From Methanomassiliicoccaceae archaeon (GTDB taxonomy: Archaea > Thermoplasmatota > Thermoplasmata > Methanomassiliicoccales > Methanomassiliicoccaceae): a stretch of 64,000 nucleotides of DNA. The notes under the pieces are model-generated. The model worked only from the letters and a program-made list of their open reading frames with translations. It had not been told where the DNA came from and did not search any database. This document shows positions 53,032 to 62,860 of the stretch, piece by piece; positions within the stretch are counted from its first letter, which is position 1, and every line of letters starts with the position of its first letter. The position numbers were made by a program, and so were the translations under genes. The stretch lies in assembly GCA_963728405.1 (NCBI GenBank), contig CAVSJV010000017.1, positions 160,001-224,000 on the forward strand. The letters are read 5' to 3'.

Positions 53032-53922
53032 ATGAGCGGAGCCAATAGCGATGCTGAGGAACGCAACGATGATCTCACGGTGATCGTCCCGACGTGGAAC
53101 TCGGCGACCCGGCTTGAAAGGGCCCTCGATTCGGTGGAACGGAACCTACGTCCGGAAAAAGTGGTCATCATCGACCGGGACTCGGAGGATTCCACCACGC
53201 AGATAGCCCAGCGCCATGGCGCGGAAGTGCTGACCGACACCACGTCGCTGGGCTCCGCCAGGATGAAGGGCGTCCGGGCCAGTGAAACGGAATGGGTGTG
53301 CTTCGTGGATGACGATATAAGTATCCCGGAGGGCTTCGCTTTGAACGTCAAGGATGCGGTGGCCGATGACGTGGGGGCGCTGCAGGGCGCAGTGATATCG
53401 GTCCATCATCCCCATCGAGAGATGCTCATCGATGAGTACGAACGGCGATTCTCCGGCCAGAGTACCTACGACCTCCGCCCGGGCGAGCGCGGATTGACCT
53501 CGGCGACCATAATCAAGAAGGACATCATAGAGGACCTCGAGCTCGCGGACATCAACGCCTGGGAGGACTGGCTGATCACCCAGAAGGTCATCGATTCGGG
53601 CCATCGATGGATAGTGACCAAGCCCTATGTCGACCACTTCCACGAGTATGAGGACCTGGCCCGGAAGGGCGGTTGGAACGCCGCCGGAGTACTGAATCTT
53701 GCCAAGACCGGCCGTATGCCCCGAATGCAGGCCCTGAGATGGTACCTCAACATTGCCCTGGAAGCGGGGCAGAACGCTCTTCGGCTGACGATCAGGTTCC
53801 GCGATCCCAGGCTCTTCTTCCTGCAAACCAGACTGCTAGCGAATATCCTCCTAGCTCCCCGCCACATCTTCGGCGTGGTGCCCCGGAGGCCCCGGACGGC
53901 CAGGTCGCGATCAGCCCGTTAA
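53032..53922 (+). CDS. Glycosyltransferase family 2
   Basis: TVIVPTWN, IDRDSED, FVDDD, ED motifs. Confidence 0.88.
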   Translation: MSGANSDAEERNDDLTVIVPTWNSATRLERALDSVERNLRPEKVVIIDRDSEDSTTQIAQRHGAEVLTDTTSLGSARMKGVRASETEWVCFVDDDISIPEGFALNVKDAVADDVGALQGAVISVHHPHREMLIDEYERRFSGQSTYDLRPGERGLTSATIIKKDIIEDLELADINAWEDWLITQKVIDSGHRWIVTKPYVDHFHEYEDLARKGGWNAAGVLNLAKTGRMPRMQALRWYLNIALEAGQNALRLTIRFRDPRLFFLQTRLLANILLAPRHIFGVVPRRPRTARSRSAR

Positions 53923-55017
53923 CTTGTGGTACTCCCGTATCAGGCGAGAACGCATGTTGGGCCAGTTGTACTCCCTTTCCGCCGCCGTCCTCCCGGCCCT
54001 TCCCCATCTGCGGCGCTGTTCGGGGTCGCGGAAGGCCTCGATGGCCCGGCGGTAGTCCTCCTCGCTCCAGTCGATGACCAGCCCGCAGCCCACCCGGCTG
54101 ACCAGCTCGCCGCTGGTCGTCCCCTTCGATGTGAGCACGGGGATACCCACTGCCATTGCCTCGTAGATCTTGGTCGGCGAGTTGCCCACATAGTTCTGGT
54201 TGGCCGGATCCAGGAGGCACAGGACCACGTCGCAGGCGGCCATCTCCCTGAGCATGGCGGGATGTTGCAGGAATCCCAGGAACTGTACCCTGGTGCCGTC
54301 GACCTCCCTCCTGACCGCTCCCTCCAGACGGCCCCACCCCGCCACCTTGTACACGCAGCGGTCCATGGTCTTGGAGACCCGAATGGATTCCTCGATGTAG
54401 CGCATCGGCTCCAGTGTGCCGACATATAGTAGAACGAGGTCGCGCTCCCTGAACTCGGGGAGCCCCAGCTCGGTGGGGATATCGATGCAGTTCTCTACCA
54501 ACACCACTCCATTACGGGCGTTCGGCCGCATATGAGCGGCATGGACCTCACTGACGGTGATGACCAGGTCCGCCCTCCGGGTCAGAGCGCCCTCCAACCG
54601 CTCGACCAGATGGGGGGTCCATCCAGGAAGGTCGATGGCGATCATCTGGGCATAGTTCTCGTGAGCGTCGAACACCAGGGGAACACGCTTCAGCCAGGAA
54701 ATGAAGAACCCCAATGGCAGAGTATCGAAGTCGTGGCTGTGGACGATGTCGACCTTCCGGCGTGTCGCCGAGAGCAGACCTCGGAGGAAGAACAAGGGAT
54801 AGAAGAGGGCGAAGGAGAGCATGCTCCCCGCCCAGCCTGTCCTGATCCTCTCGATATTGACGCCCCGGTAGTCCGAGCGGTCGGGGAACTTGTTCTCACG
54901 GTCCCATCCCAACACCGTGACATCATAGCCTTCGGAAACGAGTGCCTCGGCCTCCTTGGCGACCCGCGGGTCAGGCCGGAAACCGTTGGTTACCAGCATC
55001 AGGACTTTCTTGCCCAT
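53911..55017 (-). CDS. Glycosyltransferase family 4
   Basis: DPRV.KEA, HSHD, DAHE, PTKIYEAMAVG. Confidence 0.88.
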   Translation of the reverse strand: MGKKVLMLVTNGFRPDPRVAKEAEALVSEGYDVTVLGWDRENKFPDRSDYRGVNIERIRTGWAGSMLSFALFYPLFFLRGLLSATRRKVDIVHSHDFDTLPLGFFISWLKRVPLVFDAHENYAQMIAIDLPGWTPHLVERLEGALTRRADLVITVSEVHAAHMRPNARNGVVLVENCIDIPTELGLPEFRERDLVLLYVGTLEPMRYIEESIRVSKTMDRCVYKVAGWGRLEGAVRREVDGTRVQFLGFLQHPAMLREMAACDVVLCLLDPANQNYVGNSPTKIYEAMAVGIPVLTSKGTTSGELVSRVGCGLVIDWSEEDYRRAIEAFRDPEQRRRWGRAGRTAAEREYNWPNMRSRLIREYHKLTG

Positions 55018-55018
55018 C

Positions 55019-55981
55019 CTACGGCTCCTTGGCGACGTCCACGACGCGGCCTTCCGCCATTGACCGTTTGGCCGCCTCGATCATCTCCACCGTACGGACC
55101 CCGATCATGCCGGAGTTCCTTGTCTCAGTTAGAGGGTCGCCGATGGACTGCAGGAAGTGGACCAGTTCGGTCTGGATGGTATTATTGCGCTCGATCCCGA
55201 GCTTGTAGGTATAGCCGCTCTCATAGACCACTACCTCCTGACTGACCGCGTCGATGAGCGCGGAGCGGTTCTCACCAATGATCTCTATCTGCCGGACCTT
55301 GCGGGGCGCCAACCAGGAGATGGTGGTGTGGGAGATGGCCCCAGACGGCATCTCCGCACTGATGTAGGCGGCCTCCTCCATCTCCTTGCGGCGGTAGGCA
55401 TTCCCGGTGCAGGAGATCTTGATCGGCCAGGCATCGAAGATGAAGTTGGTGATGTCGAAGGTGTGCGGAGCGAGATCAACGATGACGTCGCGGTCCGGGT
55501 AGGCTGGCTCGAGGTTCATCCATACCAGCTGCATCAGGAACGGCCGGCCGAAGAAGTTGGACCTCATCAACCTGCGCACCTCGTTCATGGCGTTGTTGAA
55601 GCGATAGATATGACCGACCGACAGGGTGAGATTTCTCTCCTCGGCCAAGTCGACCAGGACCTTGCCCTCCTTGGAATCGAGGGCAATGGGCTTCTCCACT
55701 AGAACGTGCTTGCCAGCTTCCAATGCATCCTTGGTCGCCTGGAAATGCAGGCTGTTGGGCAGGCAGACATTGACCGCCACGATCGAGTCGTCCTCCAGCA
55801 CTTCACGATAGTCATGATGAAGGTTCTGTACCCCAAAGCGATCATGGCAGAACTCCAGGTTCTTGTCGAACTGGTCGGAGACGGCCTTGACCTTGACCCC
55901 TGGGATATGGCTATACTCGTCCACGATCTTCTTGCCCCAGTACCCTACTCCCAGGACGGCCACGTCGAAGCGCCTCATCAT
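55019..55981 (-). CDS. Gfo/Idh/MocA oxidoreductase (WbpB/WlbA-like)
   Basis: GVGYWG, HVLVEKP, DLAPH; coupled to DegT and an acetyltransferase. Confidence 0.88.
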   Translation of the reverse strand: MMRRFDVAVLGVGYWGKKIVDEYSHIPGVKVKAVSDQFDKNLEFCHDRFGVQNLHHDYREVLEDDSIVAVNVCLPNSLHFQATKDALEAGKHVLVEKPIALDSKEGKVLVDLAEERNLTLSVGHIYRFNNAMNEVRRLMRSNFFGRPFLMQLVWMNLEPAYPDRDVIVDLAPHTFDITNFIFDAWPIKISCTGNAYRRKEMEEAAYISAEMPSGAISHTTISWLAPRKVRQIEIIGENRSALIDAVSQEVVVYESGYTYKLGIERNNTIQTELVHFLQSIGDPLTETRNSGMIGVRTVEMIEAAKRSMAEGRVVDVAKEP

Positions 55982-57069
55982 GCACCCCCTAGGTGTTCGC
56001 GTATCTGCTCGCAGATATAGTCGACCTCTTCGTCCTTCAGCGAGGGGAAGATCGGCAGGGAGAGCAGCCGGTTGGACAGGGCCTCGCTTTCCGGATAGGA
56101 ACCTGGACCAAAGCCGAAGGCGTCCTTATAGACGGGTTGCAGATGGATCGGCACGGGATAGTGGACCGCGGTGTCCACGCCCTTGGAACCCAAGTATCGG
56201 GCGAGGCCGTCACGGTCGTCGGCCTGGATGACGAAGAGGTGGAACACCGGGACGATGTCCTTGGTCCCGAGAGGCGGCAGCACGACCTCCGGGAGGTCCT
56301 TGAGCTTCTCCGAGTAACGGCGTGCGATGGCCCTCCTCCGCTCGTTCCAGGCGTCGAGATATCTCAGCTGCACCCGGCCGAACGCGGCATTGCTGGTGTT
56401 GAGCCGAGAGGTGAAGCCAAAGACGTCATGGACGTAGCGGGAGATGCGACCACAGTCCCGGAGCTTTCTCAGGTCATCGGCCAGCCTCTTGTCGTTGGTG
56501 GTGATCATACCGCCGTCGCCGCCTACGGTCATGTTCTTGGTCGAATAGAACGAGAAGCAGCCCGCATCCCCGATCGAGCCGGCCCTCTTTCCCTTGTAGA
56601 CCGCCCCATGGGCCTGGCAGGCGTCCTCGATGATCTTGACCTTATCGCCGGCGGCCTCCCTGATCTCGTCCATCGGGGCCGGGTTGCCGAAGAGGTGCAC
56701 CGGCATGACCGCTGCGGTGTTCTTGTTGGGCATGACCTCCCGGGGATCTAGATCGTAATCTTTGCGCGATGAATCGGCAAAGATGGGGGTTGCTCCGGCA
56801 TGCACGATGGCATTGGCGGTGGCAATAAAGGACAACGGCGTGGTGATGACCTCCCGACCACGGACGTTCAAGGCCATCAGGGTCAGGATCAGGGCGTCCG
56901 TCCCGGACGATACGGCGATCGCTTGCTCGGTACCAGTGTAACGGGCGAACTCTTCCTCGAATTTGAAAACACTCTCGCCGAGTACCATCCGCTCATTGCG
57001 CAGGGCATCGGTCATGGCCTCCAACATCTCGTTGGTGACCATCGGTCGGGCTAATGGAATCTTGTTCAT
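55978..57069 (-). CDS. DegT/DnrJ/EryC1/StrS sugar aminotransferase (WbpE/WlbC-like)
   Basis: SSGTDAL, PVHLFG, EDACQAHGA, FSFYSTKN, GDGG. Confidence 0.92.
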   Translation of the reverse strand: MNKIPLARPMVTNEMLEAMTDALRNERMVLGESVFKFEEEFARYTGTEQAIAVSSGTDALILTLMALNVRGREVITTPLSFIATANAIVHAGATPIFADSSRKDYDLDPREVMPNKNTAAVMPVHLFGNPAPMDEIREAAGDKVKIIEDACQAHGAVYKGKRAGSIGDAGCFSFYSTKNMTVGGDGGMITTNDKRLADDLRKLRDCGRISRYVHDVFGFTSRLNTSNAAFGRVQLRYLDAWNERRRAIARRYSEKLKDLPEVVLPPLGTKDIVPVFHLFVIQADDRDGLARYLGSKGVDTAVHYPVPIHLQPVYKDAFGFGPGSYPESEALSNRLLSLPIFPSLKDEEVDYICEQIREHLGGA

Positions 57070-57073
57070 TCGC

Positions 57074-57544
57074 TCACTTCCTCCGGATCTCCCGGGCCGG
57101 GTTGCCTACGACCGTCGCCCCGGAGGGCACATCCCGGGTCACCACCGCTCCGGCGCCGACCAGAGCGTTCTCCCCGATGGTGATGCCGCACACGATGACC
57201 GCTCCGGCGCCGATCGACGCACCTTTCTTGACCGTGGTGGGGACGATCTCCCAGCCTCCCGTCGCCTTGGGATAAAGATCGTTGGTGAAGACCACGTGGG
57301 GTCCGATGAACACCTCATCTTCGATAGTAACCCCGGTGGGTATGAAAGCAAAGGCCTCGACCTTACACCGATCGCCGATCCTGACTCCCCTCTGGACCTC
57401 GACATAGGCGGCGATCTTGCACTCGACCCCGATCTTACAGCCGTAGAGGTTCACGAAGTCTCGGACGACGGTGCCCTCCCCGATCTCGCAATTATCGATG
57501 GAGTAAAAATTAGCCAAGAGCTTCATTTCGGGCTTGCGAAGCAT
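57074..57544 (-). CDS. Hexapeptide N-acetyltransferase (WbpD/WlbB-like)
   Basis: Hexapeptide repeats, VFTNDLYP, GAVVTRDV, VGNPAR. Confidence 0.9.
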   Translation of the reverse strand: MLRKPEMKLLANFYSIDNCEIGEGTVVRDFVNLYGCKIGVECKIAAYVEVQRGVRIGDRCKVEAFAFIPTGVTIEDEVFIGPHVVFTNDLYPKATGGWEIVPTTVKKGASIGAGAVIVCGITIGENALVGAGAVVTRDVPSGATVVGNPAREIRRK

Positions 57545-57776
57545 CTACTGGGCCATAAATATTTGGTGCTCTCTGGCATCGACGCCAACCTATCTGGAAC
57601 GCTGACAGAAGAATAAGGAGCGGCCCGATGGCCGGCCATTGCTCCTTTTTCTCCATGCACCCATAGGTGGATTCGGACGTTCTGAACTTCTTGGACAGTG
57701 GGATCTACCCCGCCCATGAGGGCAGGCCCCCATCCTGACATTCGTCACGATAATACCCCGGAAAAAGGTTCCCCGC

Positions 57777-58316
57777 CTACCATCTGAGATAGCATCGTCT
57801 CCGATGAAAACGGCCTGACCCGCCCTCTTGCGATTGTCCTGAGGTGCGCTTTTGCCGGCATTCCTCCATCAGCCGGAGGACCTCGTCCTTGGGCCGTTCC
57901 CATGACGCTATCCCTCCCTCCACGACCTTGATGCTAGGGTGGGGGGAGGCCTGCTCGAACGACGGAAGGCAGGACAGGAAGCCTCTGTTCCTTCCTTCCA
58001 GCTTGAAGCGCAGCAGGGCTAGTTCGTACTCGATCTGGCCGCTGGGCACCTCCATGGGATTACTTCCGGTGTGCTCACTTATCCTGCTTCGAGCGTAGCG
58101 ATAGCCGCGCCTTTGCCCTTCCGCCCATACCCCCAGCAGATAATCGTGGATCGCCCCCCACGGGTCGGCCTGTTCCAACACCCTTCTGGCCTGGGGATGA
58201 TTGCGATAGGCAACGGTGCGCCCCTCGATCACCCGCTGGGCCAGCAACGCCTCGCGCCACAGGCCGCCCAGTCCGGGGGGGTCGAGGTAACAGGGATGGA
58301 TGCTCCAGAGCCGCAC
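57777..58316 (-). CDS. Pyrimidine dimer DNA glycosylase / endonuclease V (DenV)-like protein
   Basis: MRLWSIHP.YLD..GL..LWREALLAQ, Y.NHPQ, RGY motifs. Confidence 0.8.
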   Translation of the reverse strand: MRLWSIHPCYLDPPGLGGLWREALLAQRVIEGRTVAYRNHPQARRVLEQADPWGAIHDYLLGVWAEGQRRGYRYARSRISEHTGSNPMEVPSGQIEYELALLRFKLEGRNRGFLSCLPSFEQASPHPSIKVVEGGIASWERPKDEVLRLMEECRQKRTSGQSQEGGSGRFHRRRCYLRW

Positions 58317-58397
58317 GATGCCCCATTGGATCACCAATGGATAGTCCTGCTCCCGACATATCGTTTTATCTAATGGATATCATACCAGGGACCTGCT

Positions 58398-59213
58398 ATG
58401 TTAGTGAGCGTGGTCCTGAACGTCATGAACGAGGAACAGCATATCGCCGACCTCCTCGACAGTTTGGTCATCCAGGAACAGCCGGTAGAGATCATCGTGG
58501 TCGACGCCGCCTCGAAGGACCGCACCCAGGATATCGTCAGAAGGTACACCAAGCGGTATCCGTTCATCAAGATGTTCATCAAGCCCGGCACCCGCGGGGT
58601 AAGCACTAACTTCGGCATCTCCAAGGCAACCGGGGAGATCATCGCTTTCACCGGCGGGGATGATCTGGCCAATCCGAACTGGATCAAGGAGCTTCGCCGC
58701 ACCTTCAAGGAGGGGGCAGACATCGTGGCCGGCCGCTCCATAATGATCGGGCTGAAGGCCTGGGAGGACCTGGACCGGGTGGAGCTTTACCATAAGGGGT
58801 TCGACATCTCGTTCCCCTCGGCCAACATGGCCTTCCGCCGGAAGGTCCTGCAGAAGGTCGCGGGGTTCGACCCGTGGTTTATCACCGCCGAAGATATCGA
58901 TCTGAACTACCGGGCGGTGGATGCCGGTTACCACATCACCTATAATCCAGATGCCATCATCTATCGGAGGACCAAGTCCACCGTCTACGGATTCTTCAAG
59001 CAGGCCTTCTGGAATGGCGCGGGAAGGAAGCAGCTCACTCTCAAGCACGGAAACCTGTGGGGCAAGTACGACCCGCTCCGCATGTTCAAGCAAAAGATGA
59101 CTTTCTGGGCACTCACCCGCCTCTTCGTGGCCCTTCTGGGATACGTCGGCTTCAAGCTTTTCGACGACAGGGGGGCTTATGGCAAGAAAGGCGAGACTCC
59201 TCCCACCAAGTAA
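58398..59213 (+). CDS. Glycosyltransferase family 2
   Basis: VSVVL...NEE, VVDAASKD, ANMAFRR, GFD, EDIDL. Confidence 0.88.
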   Translation: MLVSVVLNVMNEEQHIADLLDSLVIQEQPVEIIVVDAASKDRTQDIVRRYTKRYPFIKMFIKPGTRGVSTNFGISKATGEIIAFTGGDDLANPNWIKELRRTFKEGADIVAGRSIMIGLKAWEDLDRVELYHKGFDISFPSANMAFRRKVLQKVAGFDPWFITAEDIDLNYRAVDAGYHITYNPDAIIYRRTKSTVYGFFKQAFWNGAGRKQLTLKHGNLWGKYDPLRMFKQKMTFWALTRLFVALLGYVGFKLFDDRGAYGKKGETPPTK

Positions 59214-59239
59214 ACCCTCCTCGTCGACGGCATCAGACC

Positions 59240-59491
59240 TCAGTCCCCTGGCGGTACGGTCTTAGCAGGGAGCATGGACCTTTCTTTCACAGCACCTTCG
59301 GACAGCTGGGTCAAAAATTCAGTCACCAGGGCAAGGATGATTGGTACGGCGATGACCATGGCCAGCGATCTCTTGTACGATAGCCTGCTGATGACATATT
59401 CAACGAGGGCGAAGACCACAATTGCCGGGAGGTGGGGGGCGACCTTGCGGATCACGTTCTTAGTAATGCTTACGACATCTTCCGTCCTCAT
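59240..59491 (-). CDS. Small two-TM hypothetical protein
   Basis: Two hydrophobic stretches in an ~83-aa ORF. Confidence 0.5.
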   Translation of the reverse strand: MRTEDVVSITKNVIRKVAPHLPAIVVFALVEYVISRLSYKRSLAMVIAVPIILALVTEFLTQLSEGAVKERSMLPAKTVPPGD

Positions 59492-59579
59492 GTCCAATGC
59501 TTGAGCGGCGGCAATATATCATCGTTTCTGGCCTGCAACAGATTATAGTACACCCATTCCTTTTAGCCTATGATCTGCT

Positions 59580-60278
59580 TTGAAGCTGAGCGTCATCATC
59601 CCCACCCTCAACGAAGAGGAATGCATCGGCCAGGTCATCGACGAGGTCCATGCCGCCCTTAAGGGCAAGGGGCTCGACTACGAGATCATGGTGGTTGACG
59701 GCCGTTCCAAGGATCGCACCAGGGACATCGCCCGGAAGAAGGGCGCAGTGGTCGTGGAAGAGCCTCGCAAAGGCTACGGGCGGGCGTACAAGACCGGCTT
59801 CGAAAAGGCTCGCGGGGACGTCATCGCCACGATGGACGGTGACTGCACTTATCCTGCAGATATGATCGTGCCTCTTGTGGAGAAGCTTAAGGAAGAGAAC
59901 CTGGAGTTCATCACCACCGACCGTTTCGGGCACATGGAGGAGGGAGCCATGAGCACCATGCACAAGATCGGCAATCTGGGCCTCTCGTTCACCACCAGGC
60001 TACTGTTCGGACGAATAATACGAGACTCCCAGAGCGGCATGTGGGTGTTCCGACGGAAAGCGCTCAAGAAGATCAACGTCCAGGACGACGGCATGCCCTT
60101 TTCCGAGGAGATCAAGATCGAGGCTTTCCGTAAACTTCGCTCCAAGGAAGTGATGATTTCCTACCGTCGCAGGGTCGGCGAGGTAAAGCTATCCTCCTGG
60201 AAGGACGGCTGGAAGAACTTCAAGTTCCTATGGGTTAAGCGTTTCCTCAGCCCTCGAGATAAGTCTTTGCGATCCTGA
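59580..60278 (+). CDS. GT2 dolichol-phosphate glycosyltransferase-like
   Basis: SVIIPTLNE, VDGRSKD, GYG, MDGDCTY, DSQSG, RVGEVKL. Confidence 0.88.
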   Translation: MKLSVIIPTLNEEECIGQVIDEVHAALKGKGLDYEIMVVDGRSKDRTRDIARKKGAVVVEEPRKGYGRAYKTGFEKARGDVIATMDGDCTYPADMIVPLVEKLKEENLEFITTDRFGHMEEGAMSTMHKIGNLGLSFTTRLLFGRIIRDSQSGMWVFRRKALKKINVQDDGMPFSEEIKIEAFRKLRSKEVMISYRRRVGEVKLSSWKDGWKNFKFLWVKRFLSPRDKSLRS

Positions 60279-60780
60279 TCGTCTCACGCAAACTATCCTT
60301 GACCTTCGGATTATAGAAACTGGCAGCCGGATGGTACGCCGGGATGAGATCGATCTCCCGGCCCCCTATCTTGACCTTCAAGGGCTTGTTGACCTCGTCC
60401 TTCATGCTCACATCCCGCTTCAGCAGGTCCTTGGCCGCTGACCGGCCCAGGGTGATGATGACCTTCCGACCCTCCAGTTCATATTCCAGGCAGGGATAGC
60501 AAGCATCCATTTCCTCCTGCTTGGGCGGACGGTTGTTGGGCGGCCGGCACTTGACGGTGTTGGTGATGAATACGGTATCACGGGGTAGCCCTTCCTCCTC
60601 CAGCAGCTTGTTCAACACCCGGCCGGACGAGCCGACGAACGGTTTTCCGGCCGCATCCTCCTTGGCGCCGGGAGCCTCTCCAACGAATGCTACCGGTGAG
60701 GATGGGTCGCCGTCGGGCAGGACCACATTGGCCCGACCTTCGCATAACCCGCAGCGCTGGCAGTCCTTGTCCGGCCTCAT
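60247..60780 (-). CDS. udg: Family 4 uracil-DNA glycosylase (Fe-S)
   Basis: CQRC.L, GEAPG, PFVG, N.VKCRPP.NR, YHPA. Confidence 0.92.
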   Translation of the reverse strand: MRPDKDCQRCGLCEGRANVVLPDGDPSSPVAFVGEAPGAKEDAAGKPFVGSSGRVLNKLLEEEGLPRDTVFITNTVKCRPPNNRPPKQEEMDACYPCLEYELEGRKVIITLGRSAAKDLLKRDVSMKDEVNKPLKVKIGGREIDLIPAYHPAASFYNPKVKDSLRETIRIAKTYLEG

Positions 60781-61307
60781 TTTCGCAGGATCTCTTCGGC
60801 CGTGACCAGGGAGGATAGTTTGACACCCATGTCGCTCAACCTCTTCTCTCCGCCTTCCTGGCGGTTGACCACACACAACACGTTGGTGACGGTGCCACCG
60901 GCGGCGCGCACGATCTCGATGGCGTCGACGACCGAGCCAGCAGATGTGATGACGTCCTCGACCATCAGGACCGTCTCCCCGCTCCCCAGGGCGCCTTCTA
61001 TCATCTTCTGAGTACCGTGGTCCTTCTTCTCCTTACGGACCATGATATAGGGGATCTTGGTGCGGAGAGAGAGCGCCACAGCCAGGGGGATCGACCCCAG
61101 GACCACACCGGCGATCTTGTCAACATTAAGGGCGCGCATCTGGATCTCCCTAGCCATCTCGTCCGCTATGACCTCTAGCACATAGGGGTCGGTGCTCGCC
61201 TTCTTGATGTCGATGTAATACGGGCTCTTCTTGCCCGATGCCAGCGTGAAATCACCATACATCAGGGCGTTGCAGCGCACCAGCGCTTCTTTGATCCTTG
61301 CGTTCAA
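60777..61307 (-). CDS. pyrE: Orotate phosphoribosyltransferase
   Basis: GDFTLASGKKSPYYID, RKE.KDHG, VEDVITSAGS. Confidence 0.94.
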   Translation of the reverse strand: MNARIKEALVRCNALMYGDFTLASGKKSPYYIDIKKASTDPYVLEVIADEMAREIQMRALNVDKIAGVVLGSIPLAVALSLRTKIPYIMVRKEKKDHGTQKMIEGALGSGETVLMVEDVITSAGSVVDAIEIVRAAGGTVTNVLCVVNRQEGGEKRLSDMGVKLSSLVTAEEILRK

Positions 61308-61308
61308 A

Positions 61309-61872
61309 TCACCACGGCTCCTTCTTCTTTCCGAGCTTAAATCCAATTATATTGACCACACGGTGCAGGATGGGGACGAACAGCAGTAGGGCAATTAGCG
61401 CCACGATGCTCTCCCCGTTGATGTAATGAGCGGTAAACCAGGCGGGGTAGAAGAGGGCGGTCAATCCCAGCCCCCCGACCACGAAGTCATACTGGTCCAG
61501 CAGTGGCGCCTTGTGCCCCCGCTCCATGCCGAGCCGGCGCTTGATGAACGCCCCCGTCATATCTCCCAGAAGGGAACCGAGCGCCATGACGAACACCAGA
61601 CCGACCCCTTGGGCCAGTTCCCCATACCTCCATAAGTCGGCAGAACCCAGGGCGTCGGTCGCCAAGATCATTCCGACGCCCAGAGCGGTGCCTGACGCTA
61701 CCCCGCCGACCAGGCCTCTCCAGGTCTTGCCATCGCCAAGGATGCGCTTTCCTTTCCAGGTACGGCCGAAATCGACCGGGGTGCCGCCCCCGAACAGCAC
61801 CGCCGCTGAATTGGGCAGCAACGCAGGAAGGAATAGGACGATCCCGCTGATAGCGACCAGCCACAGGTCCAT
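61309..61872 (-). CDS. carS: CDP-archaeol synthase (DUF46)
   Basis: P..PN..AV, PVDFG, LGDGKTWRG, GD..GAFIKRR, LDQYDF, K..PW. Confidence 0.92.
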   Translation of the reverse strand: MDLWLVAISGIVLFLPALLPNSAAVLFGGGTPVDFGRTWKGKRILGDGKTWRGLVGGVASGTALGVGMILATDALGSADLWRYGELAQGVGLVFVMALGSLLGDMTGAFIKRRLGMERGHKAPLLDQYDFVVGGLGLTALFYPAWFTAHYINGESIVALIALLLFVPILHRVVNIIGFKLGKKKEPW

Positions 61873-62026
61873 GAAGGCGGGATTGCTCACCGTGTAGATT
61901 ACACTTTTTCCCCTTAGGGGCTTTCCCGGCGCCGCCTCAGCTGGCGACGAAGAGGCAAATTCACGGCGGGGGGCCAGCGCCCATAGGACACGAGTTCGGT
62001 AGGAAGCGTGCATCGACCGATGGGTG

Positions 62027-62086
62027 AAAAAAGGCCCCTCCGGCACTTGGGACGAGGGACGGATGGAGGCCGCTACCGGTGGGGCC
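62027..62086 (-). terminator. Hairpin plus U6 terminator after satP
   Basis: GGCCCCACCGG/CCGGAGGGGCC arms (62076-62086, 62033-62043) followed by TTTTTT on the minus strand. Confidence 0.55.
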
Positions 62087-62142
62087 GGTGCATCCCGAAA
62101 TGTCCCAGGCCCCCTTCAGCGGCAAGGGTGAGAGAGCGTGGC

Positions 62143-62777
62143 TCACTCCGGCGCGCTGCCATCGGCCTTGGTCTTGTCCTCGGCCTTGACCACCTTGAAC
62201 AGCGGGACCACGGCCCGGCCCAGGGCCTCGTTGAGCACCTGGGCCATGGCCAGGTACACCGCGAACGCTCCCGCCAGTATGCCGACGTAACCAGCGAGCA
62301 CCTTGAGGTCCCCGGACGCGAAGGCCTCAGCACCGGCCAGTAGGAGGAGGACCACGGTCAACGCCACGAAGATCGGTCTGGAACACCCGGTTCGTGCCGA
62401 TCGTGCCAACGGTCAGGTATGCGGAGAACACGCCCCACAGGAAGAACAGCCAGGCCATGGCCTGGGGGGTTTCGGCGGAAGCGTACCCGATCTTGGGAGC
62501 GAGGAGGATGGCGACCATGATGATCCAGAAGAAGCCGAACGACGCGAACACGGTCGTCCCGAAGGTGTTGCCCTTCTTCCATTCCATGAGGCCCGGCGGT
62601 GAGCTGGGCGATACCTCCGAAGAAGATGCCCATGGCCAATATGGCCGCTCCCAAGGGTATGTATCCGGCGTTGTGCAGGCTCAGCAGAATGGTGGTCATC
62701 CCAAACCCCATCAGTCCGAGGGGGGCGGGATTGGCGGAACGGTCCTTGATCATCGTTTCGATTTCTCTCGCGGTCAT
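62143..62777 (-). CDS. satP: Acetate uptake transporter (GPR1/FUN34/YaaH); indels at ~62590 and ~62385
   Basis: [25 protein letters not shown]. Confidence 0.88.
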
Positions 62778-62860
62778 TTTGTTCGGACCATCAATTTTAT
62801 GTTGATATAAAAGCGAATCTGTCCTCAGAGAACATATCGGATCTTGGACAACGAATCCCA

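Noticed and set aside
57615-57650. Hairpin AAGGAGC...GCTCCTT followed by a T run
   Set aside because: It is terminator-like on the plus strand but has no plus-strand gene upstream; too weak to call an ncRNA
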